Shown here: one piece after another, positions 52,589 to 64,000 of the stretch | Numbering within the stretch: the stretch's first letter is position 1 | Layout: the number at the start of each line of letters is the position of its first letter | Made by a program: the position numbers and the translations under genes | Assembly (NCBI RefSeq): GCF_040938485.1 | Contig: NW_027272120.1 | Span: forward strand, 62,001 to 126,000 | Reading direction: 5' to 3' | Origin: Diadema antillarum | Lineage: Eukaryota | DNA length: 64,000 bases | Notes under the pieces: generated by a model | Told to the model about the DNA's origin: nothing | What the model saw: only the letters and a program-made list of their open reading frames with translations | The model's database searches: none

Positions 52589-55500
52589 TCAGCTTGAGTC
52601 CAGCTGGTTGAGGAGATTCTGTCTGGTGTACTCCCATATCATCAGGGCCCCACTAACGTGGACGTTCAGTGACCGGATGAATCCCATCTGGGGGATCTCC
52701 ACGCAGACGTCCAGGAACTGGATCAGATCGACGGGGATGCCTTCTCTCTCCTTCCTGAAAACAGTGCAATGGTCACCGAACAGATACGAGATAATCATAG
52801 AATGGAGTGGGAGGCGATCACACTTCGTGGTTACAGTGAATAGCTCATGTACCTACACAAAGTAGGCTACCTTAATGTGGCTAAAGACATTGGTTTATGT
52901 GCGGAATGAGATACAGTGTGTTGCTTGCAGGTACATGAAAACATTGTCAGAGTCAAAATTAAATTAGTTCCTGGAATGTTACAAAGAAATTGACTTGTTG
53001 CTGTAAGCTCAATTTTGTTTGACACATTCACTAGAGATTTACTGAAAAATACTGAAGCAAAAAACACTGGATTTCACTCTGATATTGATATGACAAACAT
53101 AAAAGAAAATGAGCACATAAAATGAAACATTCTCAGTGATGATAATCAGCACAGACTCACAGATGCCAAATCTAGAATGCCTTTGTAAATTCAGCTTCTT
53201 TAAGCATCCTCTAAAGCAATCTTCAAAAAGAACTTCAGCCTGGACTTACCCTAAAAGGAGCATGGTGCGTTTTGGAAACTTGAAGTCTGTCAGTGCCTGG
53301 CTGTTTGCTGTCTGCTCCACACCCACCAGAGCATAGCCATGTTTCTTCATCTCCAGCATGTAATCCTTGAGGTCACCTGGCTTGACCTGTCACCAAATGC
53401 AGATTGGTCAATTATGATGAATAGATACACAATTCACGGTTACAGAGATGGACTGGGAAGTATATCAAAAGATTTGACTGCAAGATATTTCCAAGCACTA
53501 GTGGGCAATGAAGAGAAATCTAATGGAAATATTTCCATCTTGTCAGACTAGTGTGAAATTTTCACAAGAATTTAGCAACAAAGTCTCCTATAGATTGTAG
53601 TCCTATTTAATTCACAAGACCCTGCAAATACATCTACATGGCTACACCCCAACCTAATTTCTTGACCTGTGTCATCACATTCATGGTCCTGATATCACTG
53701 TAAGAATGCTGCACCATCATTACAGAGCTAATGCAATATCTGATAAAGATTTCGATAAAGACTCTTCCCTGTTGCGTCTGAACCTAGTCTCCCAAGCCAG
53801 GCACACCATAATGAACTCATTTTAGTTGGTCATCTGCGAATCTTGATGATCGATTTGCCTGTTGTCTTCCCGTTCCCACAATGAATTTCTTGCTGGCGCA
53901 GTTCAGCTAAAATGACTCACATTTTACTTAAGCCACTCTTCTCCTGTTTGCATCATTCTCACAGAACATAATAGAATGACTGAGTCAAGACCATAATGCT
54001 CTGTGCTCAGACCAGTGATGAACTATGGAGGGCTCTCTGTGTCACTTTACCCTATACAGCATATGTTTAACCATTCCATACTGAATTCTGAAATGCCCAT
54101 AGACTTAATACGTAGGCAACCAGGTTCCCGTACGGAATGGGTTAACAAGGTTCTTATTTTCATGAATTTGAAGAGTCTGGTGCTATTTGCCATTTCTAAC
54201 AACAAAAACTTTGAACTCTGATCCCAATAATGTTTACACAACACTGCAAACACAACACATCCAGAGCACATGAACATGACTGTGCATGTGTCTATGTGAG
54301 TACCAGTACGTTGTTATCAGTACAAACTGTGAATGTCTGCTTCATTCGAATGATCTTGAATAATTTTTGGAATACCTCTTGGCACCAGCAATTATATAGC
54401 ATTTCTGTTTTCCATTACGGATAGCTTATTTTGCTTCCTAAAAATGGGTGAATGATATAAATTTCTCTGTTCATTGCTGTACTCCACAATCACAAATTCA
54501 ACTACTCGCAATACGGTTGGGAAGTCCCTGTTCACACACAAAAACAATCATGTTAGTAAATATGCAGCATATACAGTACCTCTCTGATTGGCAGCCACCT
54601 CTCGGCTGACACACTGAGACTGAGGAAATCCTGGTGGTCTTTGAGCAAGAGGTTTCCCAGCACCAGACACGATGCTCCAAAGATCTCACATGTCCTGCAC
54701 AGACCTGTGAAGGGCAGGGCAATATTGGTGACTATTTTAATAGTCATATCTTTCTATCATTCCTCGTATGTAAATCTAAGATTACATTAAACTTAAGGCT
54801 TACTTGTACATTACTTAGTCTGCATCCTGCATTAAGGCTGCTGCCACCACTGTATCGTGGGCAATGGTTAAGATTTTAGACAGGGCTCGACACTAACGGT
54901 GGCCCGTTAGCCCGGGGCCACCAAATATGAAAGTCGGGCCACCAAATTTCAAAAAAAGGGCAAATTTGGTGGCCCGCCTCGGGCCACCAAAATTTTTTGA
55001 AAAGTATGTCAATAAATTCGTAACCTTTTGCGCCGGAAATTAGCAGTTAAATTTGTTCAAAGGATGGATGAAAAGGACTGAATGAATGCCTGAGAGTGAG
55101 TGTTGCAAGTTTGTTGAAGTTTATTTATGAGTAGATATTTCCAACTTCTAATTCTTACTATCATGAATCTTAAATATTTGACTCATTAAAAAAAAGGACT
55201 TTTAATGTTTTTTATCGTTTTTTTTTTTCGGGAAACCAAATTTTTCTTTCGGGCCACCAAAAATTAGAAATTTAGGATTTTGGTGGCCCCATTGGGCCAC
55301 CAAACAAAAAAGTTAGTGTCGAGCCATGTTTTAGAAATTAACTGGCGTGTCTGGGTAATAAAGTGAATCTGCACATATGTAAGGACAGCCGCATTTACCC
55401 ATCATAAGTAATTTTACATCTTACCCGCTCAGAAAATGCAGTGATCAGAAACTACATTGGAAGTATGTCACTTATATGTTTTTGGTTTGTTTGTTTTTTT

Positions 55501-58500
55501 AAGTCAACAATGAGATACCTCTCTCATGAAGTTTTGTTTTTGTTTTGTTTTGTTTCGTTTTTTACATTTAAATGCATTTTATATTTTGAGCCACTGTCAA
55601 AGCTAATAGACACCTCAAATGGCCGTCTCCGGTCTTTCCAAACATTACCTGCAATATTACCCTATGACATATGAAGATGACAGAAACATGTAGACCAACA
55701 CATGGAAATTTCATCCTGACACCCACAAACAGTTGTGCCTGCATATTTACCAGGCATGACACAAAGGACAAGAATCAAAGACTGGTAGGTAGATGAGTGT
55801 GTGTTTGTATGAATCAATCTGACTGTTTGTCTGTTCTTGTGAGCCCCAAAGTGTGAATGTCTGAGTCTGAGTGTCACACTGGGTGTCTGTGTCTTCTTTC
55901 TCCATTTTAACTCCTCGCCTCCAAGATTTGGTATCCTGTCCACGAGCGATGCCACAACCACCAGATGACCCCTGGTTGACCTCTGACCTGCGGAGGGTTC
56001 CAGGCCGGGTACGGGGGCCTCCTTCCAGGGAGTGATCTTCTTCTGGACGTCGGCTGAGCCGTCCTCCAGCCACGAGACTTCCCTGATCTCAGCGTCTTTT
56101 ACTGGAGGAGAGATCAAACACTTCCGTTAACCCGCTGAGGATGAGTCCCGAGTATACTCAGGCAGGTGTCTATGGGAAATGCGTGTTGTAGCAAAATCAG
56201 TCCGTCCTCAATGGGTTAATCTTTCACACACCCCTGGGATGCCAACACTCACACATCTAACTCAGCAAGGTTTCGAAGAGCAATCAGGGAGATATGTGCG
56301 TTGCCTTCAGCAGAAATGATTCCCCATACGGGGAGGATTTTATATTCTCTTTTCGGAACATGAAAAGACTTCAGTTTTCATGGAGCATCCTGCAGAATCA
56401 TGGAGGTTTTTCAGATTTGACACTCTGTGTACAACTTGACATTTTAATTCATTCCCGCATCATGGTGCATATTACATGGCACGCATTATTTTTTTGTTCA
56501 CTTTGTTTCACGCAATAAGCATAAGACTTGGCCTCTAAGAGTAATTTCCTAACTGCCTTTATGCAAATGGCATGCAAATGCTGGCTGCATGCAAATAAAG
56601 TCACACAATAAAGAAATCTAATTTTTTTTTTTTCCACAGTTGTGATGTTGTATTTCTTACTTTGTTCATACAGAATAACAGATGATGTACAAAAAAGAAA
56701 AGAAAAAAAGAAAACACTGGAAACATAAAGACTGGTTGTAATGTTGTAATATGATGAAAACAGTAGGGGGAAGATACAATTCACATGTATCACAAGGACA
56801 AAACCGGTTTTAACAAGAGTGAAATTTACCTGATGTGAGTTTCTTCTTCTCCTTCAGTTTGCAGGTCCTGAGGGTGTCTCGGCCATTGAAAAGGGGCATC
56901 CCTGCACAGGCATCATCCCGTTTCCACGGCGATGCATCGGACACCAGGAACAGTTCTGGCCGGACGAGCTCGTCGTCGGTGACGAGGGTGAGGTAGGGCA
57001 TGGTGTGGAAGATGGTCTCCACGCTGAGGTCCAGGACGGGATGGAAGAACTTGAGGAAGAAGCTACCATCCATCCTCTTCCTCAGCTGCTCCAAGGCACT
57101 GTTGGATGCGGGAGGACGTGACATATCTAAGTGGTATTCCATACGATTTTCATAATTTCGCATCATGTAGTACATAAATTGACAGCTCCATGTAGAAATT
57201 TGTGGAATTTATTGTGGTCCTTGAGCAGAAAAACCAATACTCTGAAAAATCTTAAACAAATTACACTGAACAGTGTTGATGACAGAGTAGCCTTGCAGAA
57301 ATTTCAGAAATGTAGCCGTGTAATTCCATTACAGTACCGCTTGCTTAACAAGTTCACCTGTGTACAATCTATGCATGCCTTTTCCTTCTGTTCTACTTCC
57401 TTGAGCCCCAACTCATGCATTCTTATGGTGAGGCTGCCATGTCATCATCCTTGTTCACTGCAATTTGTCACAAATTTTGAAAACGTTCTTATTCCTCATC
57501 CCAATCACTATAAATTCTGAAACTCTGTACTCTGTATAACTAATTCATACTTGTTCAAATGTAAAAGTCTGAAAATTATTCGGAGGTCTCCTTTAAAATT
57601 ATCTCATCTCTCAAATCCTGTTTGCCTGGCATGCAGGATGATGACTTGGCTTTCTTTTCTTTCTCCTTTGTAGAACAGTTTATCAAATTGTCAACAGCTT
57701 CATGGCTGAATTTTCTTCAACAGTATGGTTCATCTCACATTCCAAGGCTTAATCAAGTATTAACGAGTGAGGGTTTCCAATGCAACCATCGTAGAGCTGC
57801 TTCTAGCATTGCCCTTCAATGTCATAGTACATGGTTTCTTGCATGTGTGCGAGCTTTGTTGGGTAATTTCTGGAGCCTTTGGGAGCTCTTAAAGGCATTA
57901 TTTAGCATTTGCAGATGTAACAAAAACCCAGATCTAGTGCTTCAAAGCAGTTCTAAAATGTGAGTTAGGGATGGAAACAACCAAAGCAAAAATTTAAATC
58001 TGTATAACCAGTGTTAAGTATTGTTAAATATACAAAATGTGAGCAAGAGTTATAATATAATTGTTTCTAGAATAAACCCTCTACAGTTATGGTTTATTGA
58101 GAACTAGAAAAGCACTCAGAGAGCGCAGACCTCCGCCAAGCATGCAGTTCATTTCCACCACTGATCTCGTTCTGCCATAGAGATATCAGTGATTTCCAGC
58201 CAGACGTATATAGCATGCGTGCTGAAAGTCACTTGATTTCCCAATATAGCAGCCTTTTGTCACATCACAAACTTCCAAATGCGCTGCACGCCTCACCTCG
58301 CTAGAAACTAGAGTACGCACTTTGGTGCCATATGCAAACTTCAAATACGCGCGGCCTGAACTCCCAAGTTCATTGACCCTACCTGCCAAAATATCAAAAA
58401 TCCTTCATAAATTCCCCCAAAATTCTCGGATCTCGGATCTCGGATCAAAGGAGTCACCGCCAGAGATTCCTCTCTCTCTTACTTGCTGTTCTTGGTGAAG

Positions 58501-60210
58501 TCCATGCAGACGGCCACGCCCGGAAACCTGTCAATCACGGTCTGGAGCCCCACCTCCTGGCAGTCCCTCCACATCTTGCAGAGGGAGACCTGGGCCTGGG
58601 TGCGGAGGGCCATGGCTGGCACAAAGGTCCAGGGCAGAACAGTCGGGATGGCCCGCATGTAGAAGGCTTCCTGCACGGGCGAATTCAGCAAAATGAAGGA
58701 GAGAATTGAGAAGGATTACTGTGAGAAATTCAGTCATCACCAGCCCCCCCCCCCCCAACACCACTCCGTGCCTCATTTGACTTTAGTAACTATATCAAAA
58801 CCAAACAAACAGAAAAGTGGAAGTATCCAAAAAATCGTCCATCAGAACATTATAATAATTAAGAAACACAGAACCTTTCTTTAGCTGAAACTTCAACCTT
58901 TCTGCTTATTTTTTTTTTCTCTCTTTATATTGCAAAATTAACTTGAGCTGTTAATAGCATTTCACTTTTTGTAGATGATGTCTTATGGTTTCTTAGCAAC
59001 TTGTTGGCAACTGCCACATTTACAGCTTTCTCAGTTTCGAGCCTAACTTATACTACCACAATTTGTGCTTGTTCCATGTTGCGACACAAAAAGTAGTGTG
59101 TATACATGGGACTCGCTATATACACTCTTACAGTATCAGTGTGTTTTAAAGTTGGTGCCAACAAACTTTCTGTGAGCAGACAGACTTTGGCAGACAGGCA
59201 TATGGGGATGCCTGGGCAAGAGGGTGACACAACATTTGCACCTGCGACAACTGCTCTGGTCTTATTTTCTCAAAGGACTTAGGGTTAGGTCTGTGATAGG
59301 GTTTTGGGTTCAGTTTGATTTGAGGGTTAGGATTAGGGTTGGGGTTATGTTTGTGGGTAGAACTTATGTTGGCTTTATAGCATGCAGATATTTAATGGGA
59401 GCAATTGTCACAAGAGCAAATGTCATGGAATTGGGGGAGAGAAACATGCCAGAATGTGGTGAATATACCTTCAGTAAAACCACGGTCTCACCTGTTGCTC
59501 CTTGGGATGCACAGTTCCAAGATGTGCGATGATCATCAGCAGTGGTGAGAAACTGACCTCCTCAGAGTTTGCAACCTGACAGGTCACACATATACACATA
59601 CACACACAAAAAAGAAACAACAAATATAAAAACAACAATAAACACAAAATCTGACTGATGATCTCTATGGGCTGTGAGATCTTCACTGTAGAAAAGATGA
59701 TGGGTAAATGATGGCAACATTTTTAGAGAGCAGGTATGTAATCATAAACACATATTTTGCTGTAGTTCTATGCAGTATCTGGGTCCCAATTCTTAAAAAG
59801 TTGTTATGATAGGAACTCTTTCTGCAATGTCAAGTGTCATGGTGCTGACATGAATTCTGCTTCCTGACTGGCTGTTGCTATGGGAATTTACTAGTCCGGC
59901 AAGAGTTGCTATCCCAACATCTTTTATGAAATGGGACCAAAATTGATTGATTTGCAATACAACTGGACCCAGTGACAAGAACGAACCAGTCTGGGATCTG
60001 AACCTCTTTTCTACTTATCACTGGGCAGTACCAATGCCAGTAAGCTAAAGCTAGTCTATGACAGTGACATAATGAACTTACAAATGATTGTCCCATGCCT
60101 CCATTTCTAACAATTCCCTTGTCATTTATGTCTTATTGGGGACTACGAATAACAGTGGAGATCAATTAGACCAGAGAGATGGAAAAATATGAGAAAAGAA
60201 AGAGACAGAA

Positions 60211-60271
<61 letters not shown>

Positions 60272-63200
60272 GGCAGCGAGGGAAATGTAGAAAGAGTAGC
60301 AGGGTGAGACGAGCAAAGGTACCTCAGCAGCATAGGTCCAGAACTGGTCCACGAGGTGTGGGTGTAAGTGAAGCAGTCGCACCACAAACAGCTCCATGAG
60401 ATGCCTGGTGGAGGTCTGGTTCTCGGCCCTCAGTGCCCTCAGTACTTTACCCAGGATTCCTGGAGCTGATGTCTGACGTGAGGCGATGTGTGAAACAAAA
60501 CAAAGCTTACAAATAGGGAGCCCTCTTCTGTCAGACTGGACCTCTTTCAAGCTCTTATTCATGTACATGACCAGCTCGAGAGAATTTACACAGCTCCTAT
60601 AAACTGCTTCCTAGTTTGCCCATGTGAACTCAATATCATGCATATAAACATATCGTCGCTGGGGTGACAAGACCTTGTATCTGAAATTTTGTTGAAAATT
60701 ACTTGTTTAGAGTAATGGTCGGATAATCATTGAAGTTATGTCCTGTCCAAATCCTAGCTGTCTTACCCCAGAAATGAAGTCACGATGGCATGTCGAAGGA
60801 AAGGCTATCCCATTTGATATAGTGCTCTGGCTGCCATGTTTTTTGGCTCTCCTGAACATTTGACATTTTGTAGATACGAGGTCTTATACATATATGAACA
60901 GTGGCGGATCCCCCTCTTTAATTTTTGCTAAAACAAAAGAAATAAAAAGACAAAAATGGGGAGGAGGCATGCGCCCCCCCCCCCCTTTAATTTTGTAAAG
61001 GCACCTACCCTTTACAGAATTCCTGGATCTGCCCCTAATGGATATTTCAAGGGAAAACATACTGTCCATATGACTGCAGAAACTGTCAAAATTCAGGAAT
61101 AAAAGTTCGGTACATCAACTTTTTTACACTTTTCATCTAAAAATACTCCGAAACAATGCACTATACAGGCAAATTTCATCAGCCAGACAAGTTTCTTGGT
61201 AGACCCTTTCGATGTATTCCACGCAAATTCCAAGTGGTAATTACAGATGAATTTTGAACCCTTCTGAGAACTATGTTTTTCCTTCAACAGAAGTCCATTT
61301 CTGTTTAAAACACCTCCTTTAACTCCCTGTTTAATGTCTGGATAGCGATGACCACCAATCTTCTTACAACACAGCAGTGCTACAGCACGCATGTCATCTT
61401 GATGCTTGACAAGCTATCAAGTATTTATCAATGTATGTTAAAATGCATGTGTGCATTTGTCTGTGAGTGTGTATGTCAGTATGTGTGGAGTAATGTATGC
61501 AAATACATTTATATTGTTGCATGAACAGATGTATGGCTGAATGGATGTATTTCATGGTATCAAGTTGTGTTGAAGAAGACAAAAGAAAAGGCTACCTCAG
61601 AAAGGAATTGCACGATCACCACAGCCACTTGCCAAATCCGCAGTTTGAGTCGATGGACCATAGAGTTGATGATGTAACTGCGTCTTACTGGAGTTATTTC
61701 CTCATCCTGGGTGTAAATTATGGGAAACGTTTGAATTTAGCTGTAAGGGTTCATGGATTTGGTGGATACATCTTATGTTTGGTATCTTGTATATTCACAA
61801 AGGCTGTGAGAAATACAAAACATCAATTATATGCTTGCCAGAATATAAAATAAGTAAAGTCCAGAACAATATTTGATACCTTGGAAGCATGGGATTTAAC
61901 TTTCCTAGGCCCAAAGCCTTTAAACAAGTAAGTAAATACACAAATAATAAAAGATTGGGGGAAAAAAAGAAAGAAAGACTTGTATGAAGAACAAAGGAAA
62001 GAAAATACCAATATATCTTTGAAAACAACACAAAAAAATTGTACAACCAAGTTTGTTTCCCAAACCGTTTTTGAGAATGTATACAAAATCATCAACTGAT
62101 ACAATAATCTGTGCCTCACATGTCAGAATGAAGACAAATACTGACAATGTGGTTAAAAAATTTCTTGATAACAGAAAACAGGAAGTTCATGTCAAAGTTT
62201 AACCTGTTGAGGACGGGCTGATTTTGCTATAACATGCATTCCCCGTAAACAACTGCCCAGGTATATTTGGGACTAGTCTACAATGGGTTAAACAAACATA
62301 CCTTGTCAAGCAGACTTGTCAGGAAGTCCTCAAAAAATGTCTCCTTCCCCTGGAGGTCACTGTTGCCAATTTGAATCAAGATGTTGATCGCAGCCACTCT
62401 CGGATGACGAGGGTCGGTTGCATTACTGAGGAGAAAGATGTAAGAGTAGGGCACCCATAAAAGTCAATGTCTAGTGTGTCTTTGCAACTGCTTACTGGTT
62501 AGCTGTTTTTTTTCCTATGGTACAATGTGCCCATTTGACACAATTGATTTCATTGATTTAATTTGATCTACCATTTCTGCATACCAAAAGTGTTTGCTGG
62601 TTAATACTTGTCACTTGAGCTGAACCAGGAGGGCTTGGTATCATCTGTTTCTGGGATGTAAGCACAAAACCACCAGCTGGTCAAGCTCTGCTCTACACAA
62701 GAGATGAAATGAGCAACACTGGCTCAGCTGGCCTCACTGGGTTTCACGCCCACAAACTCTACACAATACGTAGAACTGCAATCAACTGAGCCACACCATC
62801 ATCTTCTTTAACAGCTGATGAGTATCTCTTGTATTATGATACAGCTTATATTTTCCGTAATATTTCTAGATATGCACTTCAGAAGTCTTCTGTCACAATA
62901 TTATCAATTATTCTGTCAGAATGTAAGAATTGGTCTTTATACCTGCCACTCTTGAGAATGCGCCGGACTGTCAACAACCCCTCATGCTGCACCAGGTATG
63001 CAGAAACATCTTCCATCAAACTGCACAATCAGAAAATGAGGGGGAAGAGGGAAAATTATCAAAAGAAAAAACATCCCTGGTATTGCAATATGGCACCTAC
63101 ATTTTCCTGTTGAAAAAAACAAACAAACAAACAAAAACAAAAGAAAACAAACAGAACACTGTCCATGATGGAGGGCTTTAAGAGTAGTATGCAAAGTAAT

Positions 63201-63689
63201 TCCCACAGGTACTATGCTACAACATAACAGACAAGATGGCGTGCTGGAAGGGTCTTATTGATGGGACACATGCATAATATCTTTCCATTAAGACAATTTC
63301 ATTTTTTAAACATATATGCAGCAAAACAGAAGGTTGCGATCCAAAAATGCATGACAACACAGGGCTTGCCCTGGTGATGGAATGTGAAATTCACCACACC
63401 ACATTTTGGGATTTCAATGTAAATACATTTGTATGGTCATCCATTGACCACAATTTTAGCCTCAAATCAAAAGTCTTGTATACAGCTCCTTCCCATCTCT
63501 AAACACTGCAAAACAACTGTGGTAATGCGAGACTTCGGAGTTTTTAATCCGCTTAACAAGTCTACATGTAGAATGTAAATGACTGACCTATAAAGCAGAG
63601 ATCATTTCAATCCAGCTTGCATATAGCTTATAGATGGCAACATTTTTTATTTCTCTCTCTCTCTTGTTTGTGGGGCTGTAAGGTCTTGG

Positions 63690-63727
<38 letters not shown>

Positions 63728-64000
63728 AGCAAATGGACTTAAAATTACATGCTACTTTGGCCACAACTCTTCACCAACAAGGTTCAACAACAAATTTTCA
63801 ATCATACTGACCGGACAGATTTCAAAATGGTCGGACCAAACGCACTGCCTCCTGCAGAATGTCGGAAATGTTCCTCACGACGGTCATGGCATCGTAGTGA
63901 CGGTCCTTGGGTGGACGTTGGAAGAAGTGCTTGGACAGCATGCCAGCGAGGTGTGAGATGAGAACGTTGACCATACCTAACCTGGTCTGACCTTGATTCA
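52589..64000 (-). CDS. TARBP1: tRNA (guanosine-18 2'-O)-methyltransferase TARBP1/Trm3, 3' part; the 5' end lies beyond the window
   Basis: Exons on the - strand: 63812->64000, 62943-63020, 62302-62425, 61596-61706, 60323-60472, 59492-59575, 58483-58670, 56830-57098, 55919-56101, 54580-54704, 53250-53386, 52589-52754. C-terminal SpoU/SPOUT motifs: [59 protein letters not shown]. Phases are consistent given one GC donor and one apparent frameshift near 63839. Confidence 0.9.
54067..54145. mobile_element. ~79-bp TTAA-flanked miniature element (second family)
   Basis: TTAA-CCATTCCATAC...GTACGGAATGGG-TTAA. Confidence 0.6.
54881..55328. mobile_element. hAT-like MITE in a TARBP1 intron
   Basis: TIR CA(G/T)GGCTCGACACTAAC, repeated subterminal GGGCCACCAAA motifs, and TTTTAGA duplicated on both flanks. 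Confidence 0.7.
56127..56219. mobile_element. ~93-bp TTAA-flanked miniature element (family copy)
   Basis: TTAACCCGCTGAGGATG...CGTCCTCAATGGGTTAA. Confidence 0.75.
59779..59939. mobile_element. Short MITE (copy 2, inverted)
   Basis: CTGGGTCCCAATTCTTAAAAAG...CTTTTATGAAATGGGACC; internal sequence matches the reverse complement of 51195-51357. Confidence 0.65.
60211..60271. repeat. (AGAC)n microsatellite in a TARBP1 intron
   Basis: Direct reading. Confidence 0.95.
62199..62291. mobile_element. ~93-bp TTAA-flanked miniature element (family copy)
   Basis: TTAACCTGTTGAGGACG...GTCTACAATGGGTTAA. Confidence 0.7.

Noticed and set aside
57099-57175. Upstream extension of the TARBP1 exon suggested by ORF 56810-57175
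   Set aside because: The preceding exon ends in phase 2, which fits only the acceptor at 57098; the extension is intronic.

Overview
AT-rich eukaryotic (animal) genomic DNA. The transposon repertoire looks like a marine invertebrate deuterostome such as an echinoderm, but that is inference only. Three spliced genes were reconstructed by hand with consistent exon phases: KAT5/Tip60 (- strand, 14681-39101, 11 exons, 467 aa); COQ6 (+ strand, 39285-47888, 9 exons, up to 540 aa), head-to-head with KAT5 with only 183 bp between the ATGs; and the 3' part of TARBP1/Trm3 (- strand, 52589 to beyond the window end), which has a GC-AG intron and an apparent 1-nt frameshift. KAT5 intron 2 (14.2 kb) holds a complete BEL/Pao LTR retrotransposon (30129-37824) with apparently identical 367-bp LTRs, a TACGG target-site duplication (TSD) and one intact gag-pol ORF, plus a decayed CR1 LINE and several MITEs. 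The most intriguing signal is that this BEL element has no recognisable tRNA primer-binding site (PBS). Instead, the sequence at the PBS position and over the Gag start codons is complementary, in nested order, to its own LTR, which suggests Tf1-like self-priming or a leader fold-back switch. Positions 1-14 kb have no confidently identified gene; they contain MITEs, a unit with tRNA-bearing direct terminal repeats, an assembly gap and possible coding remnants.
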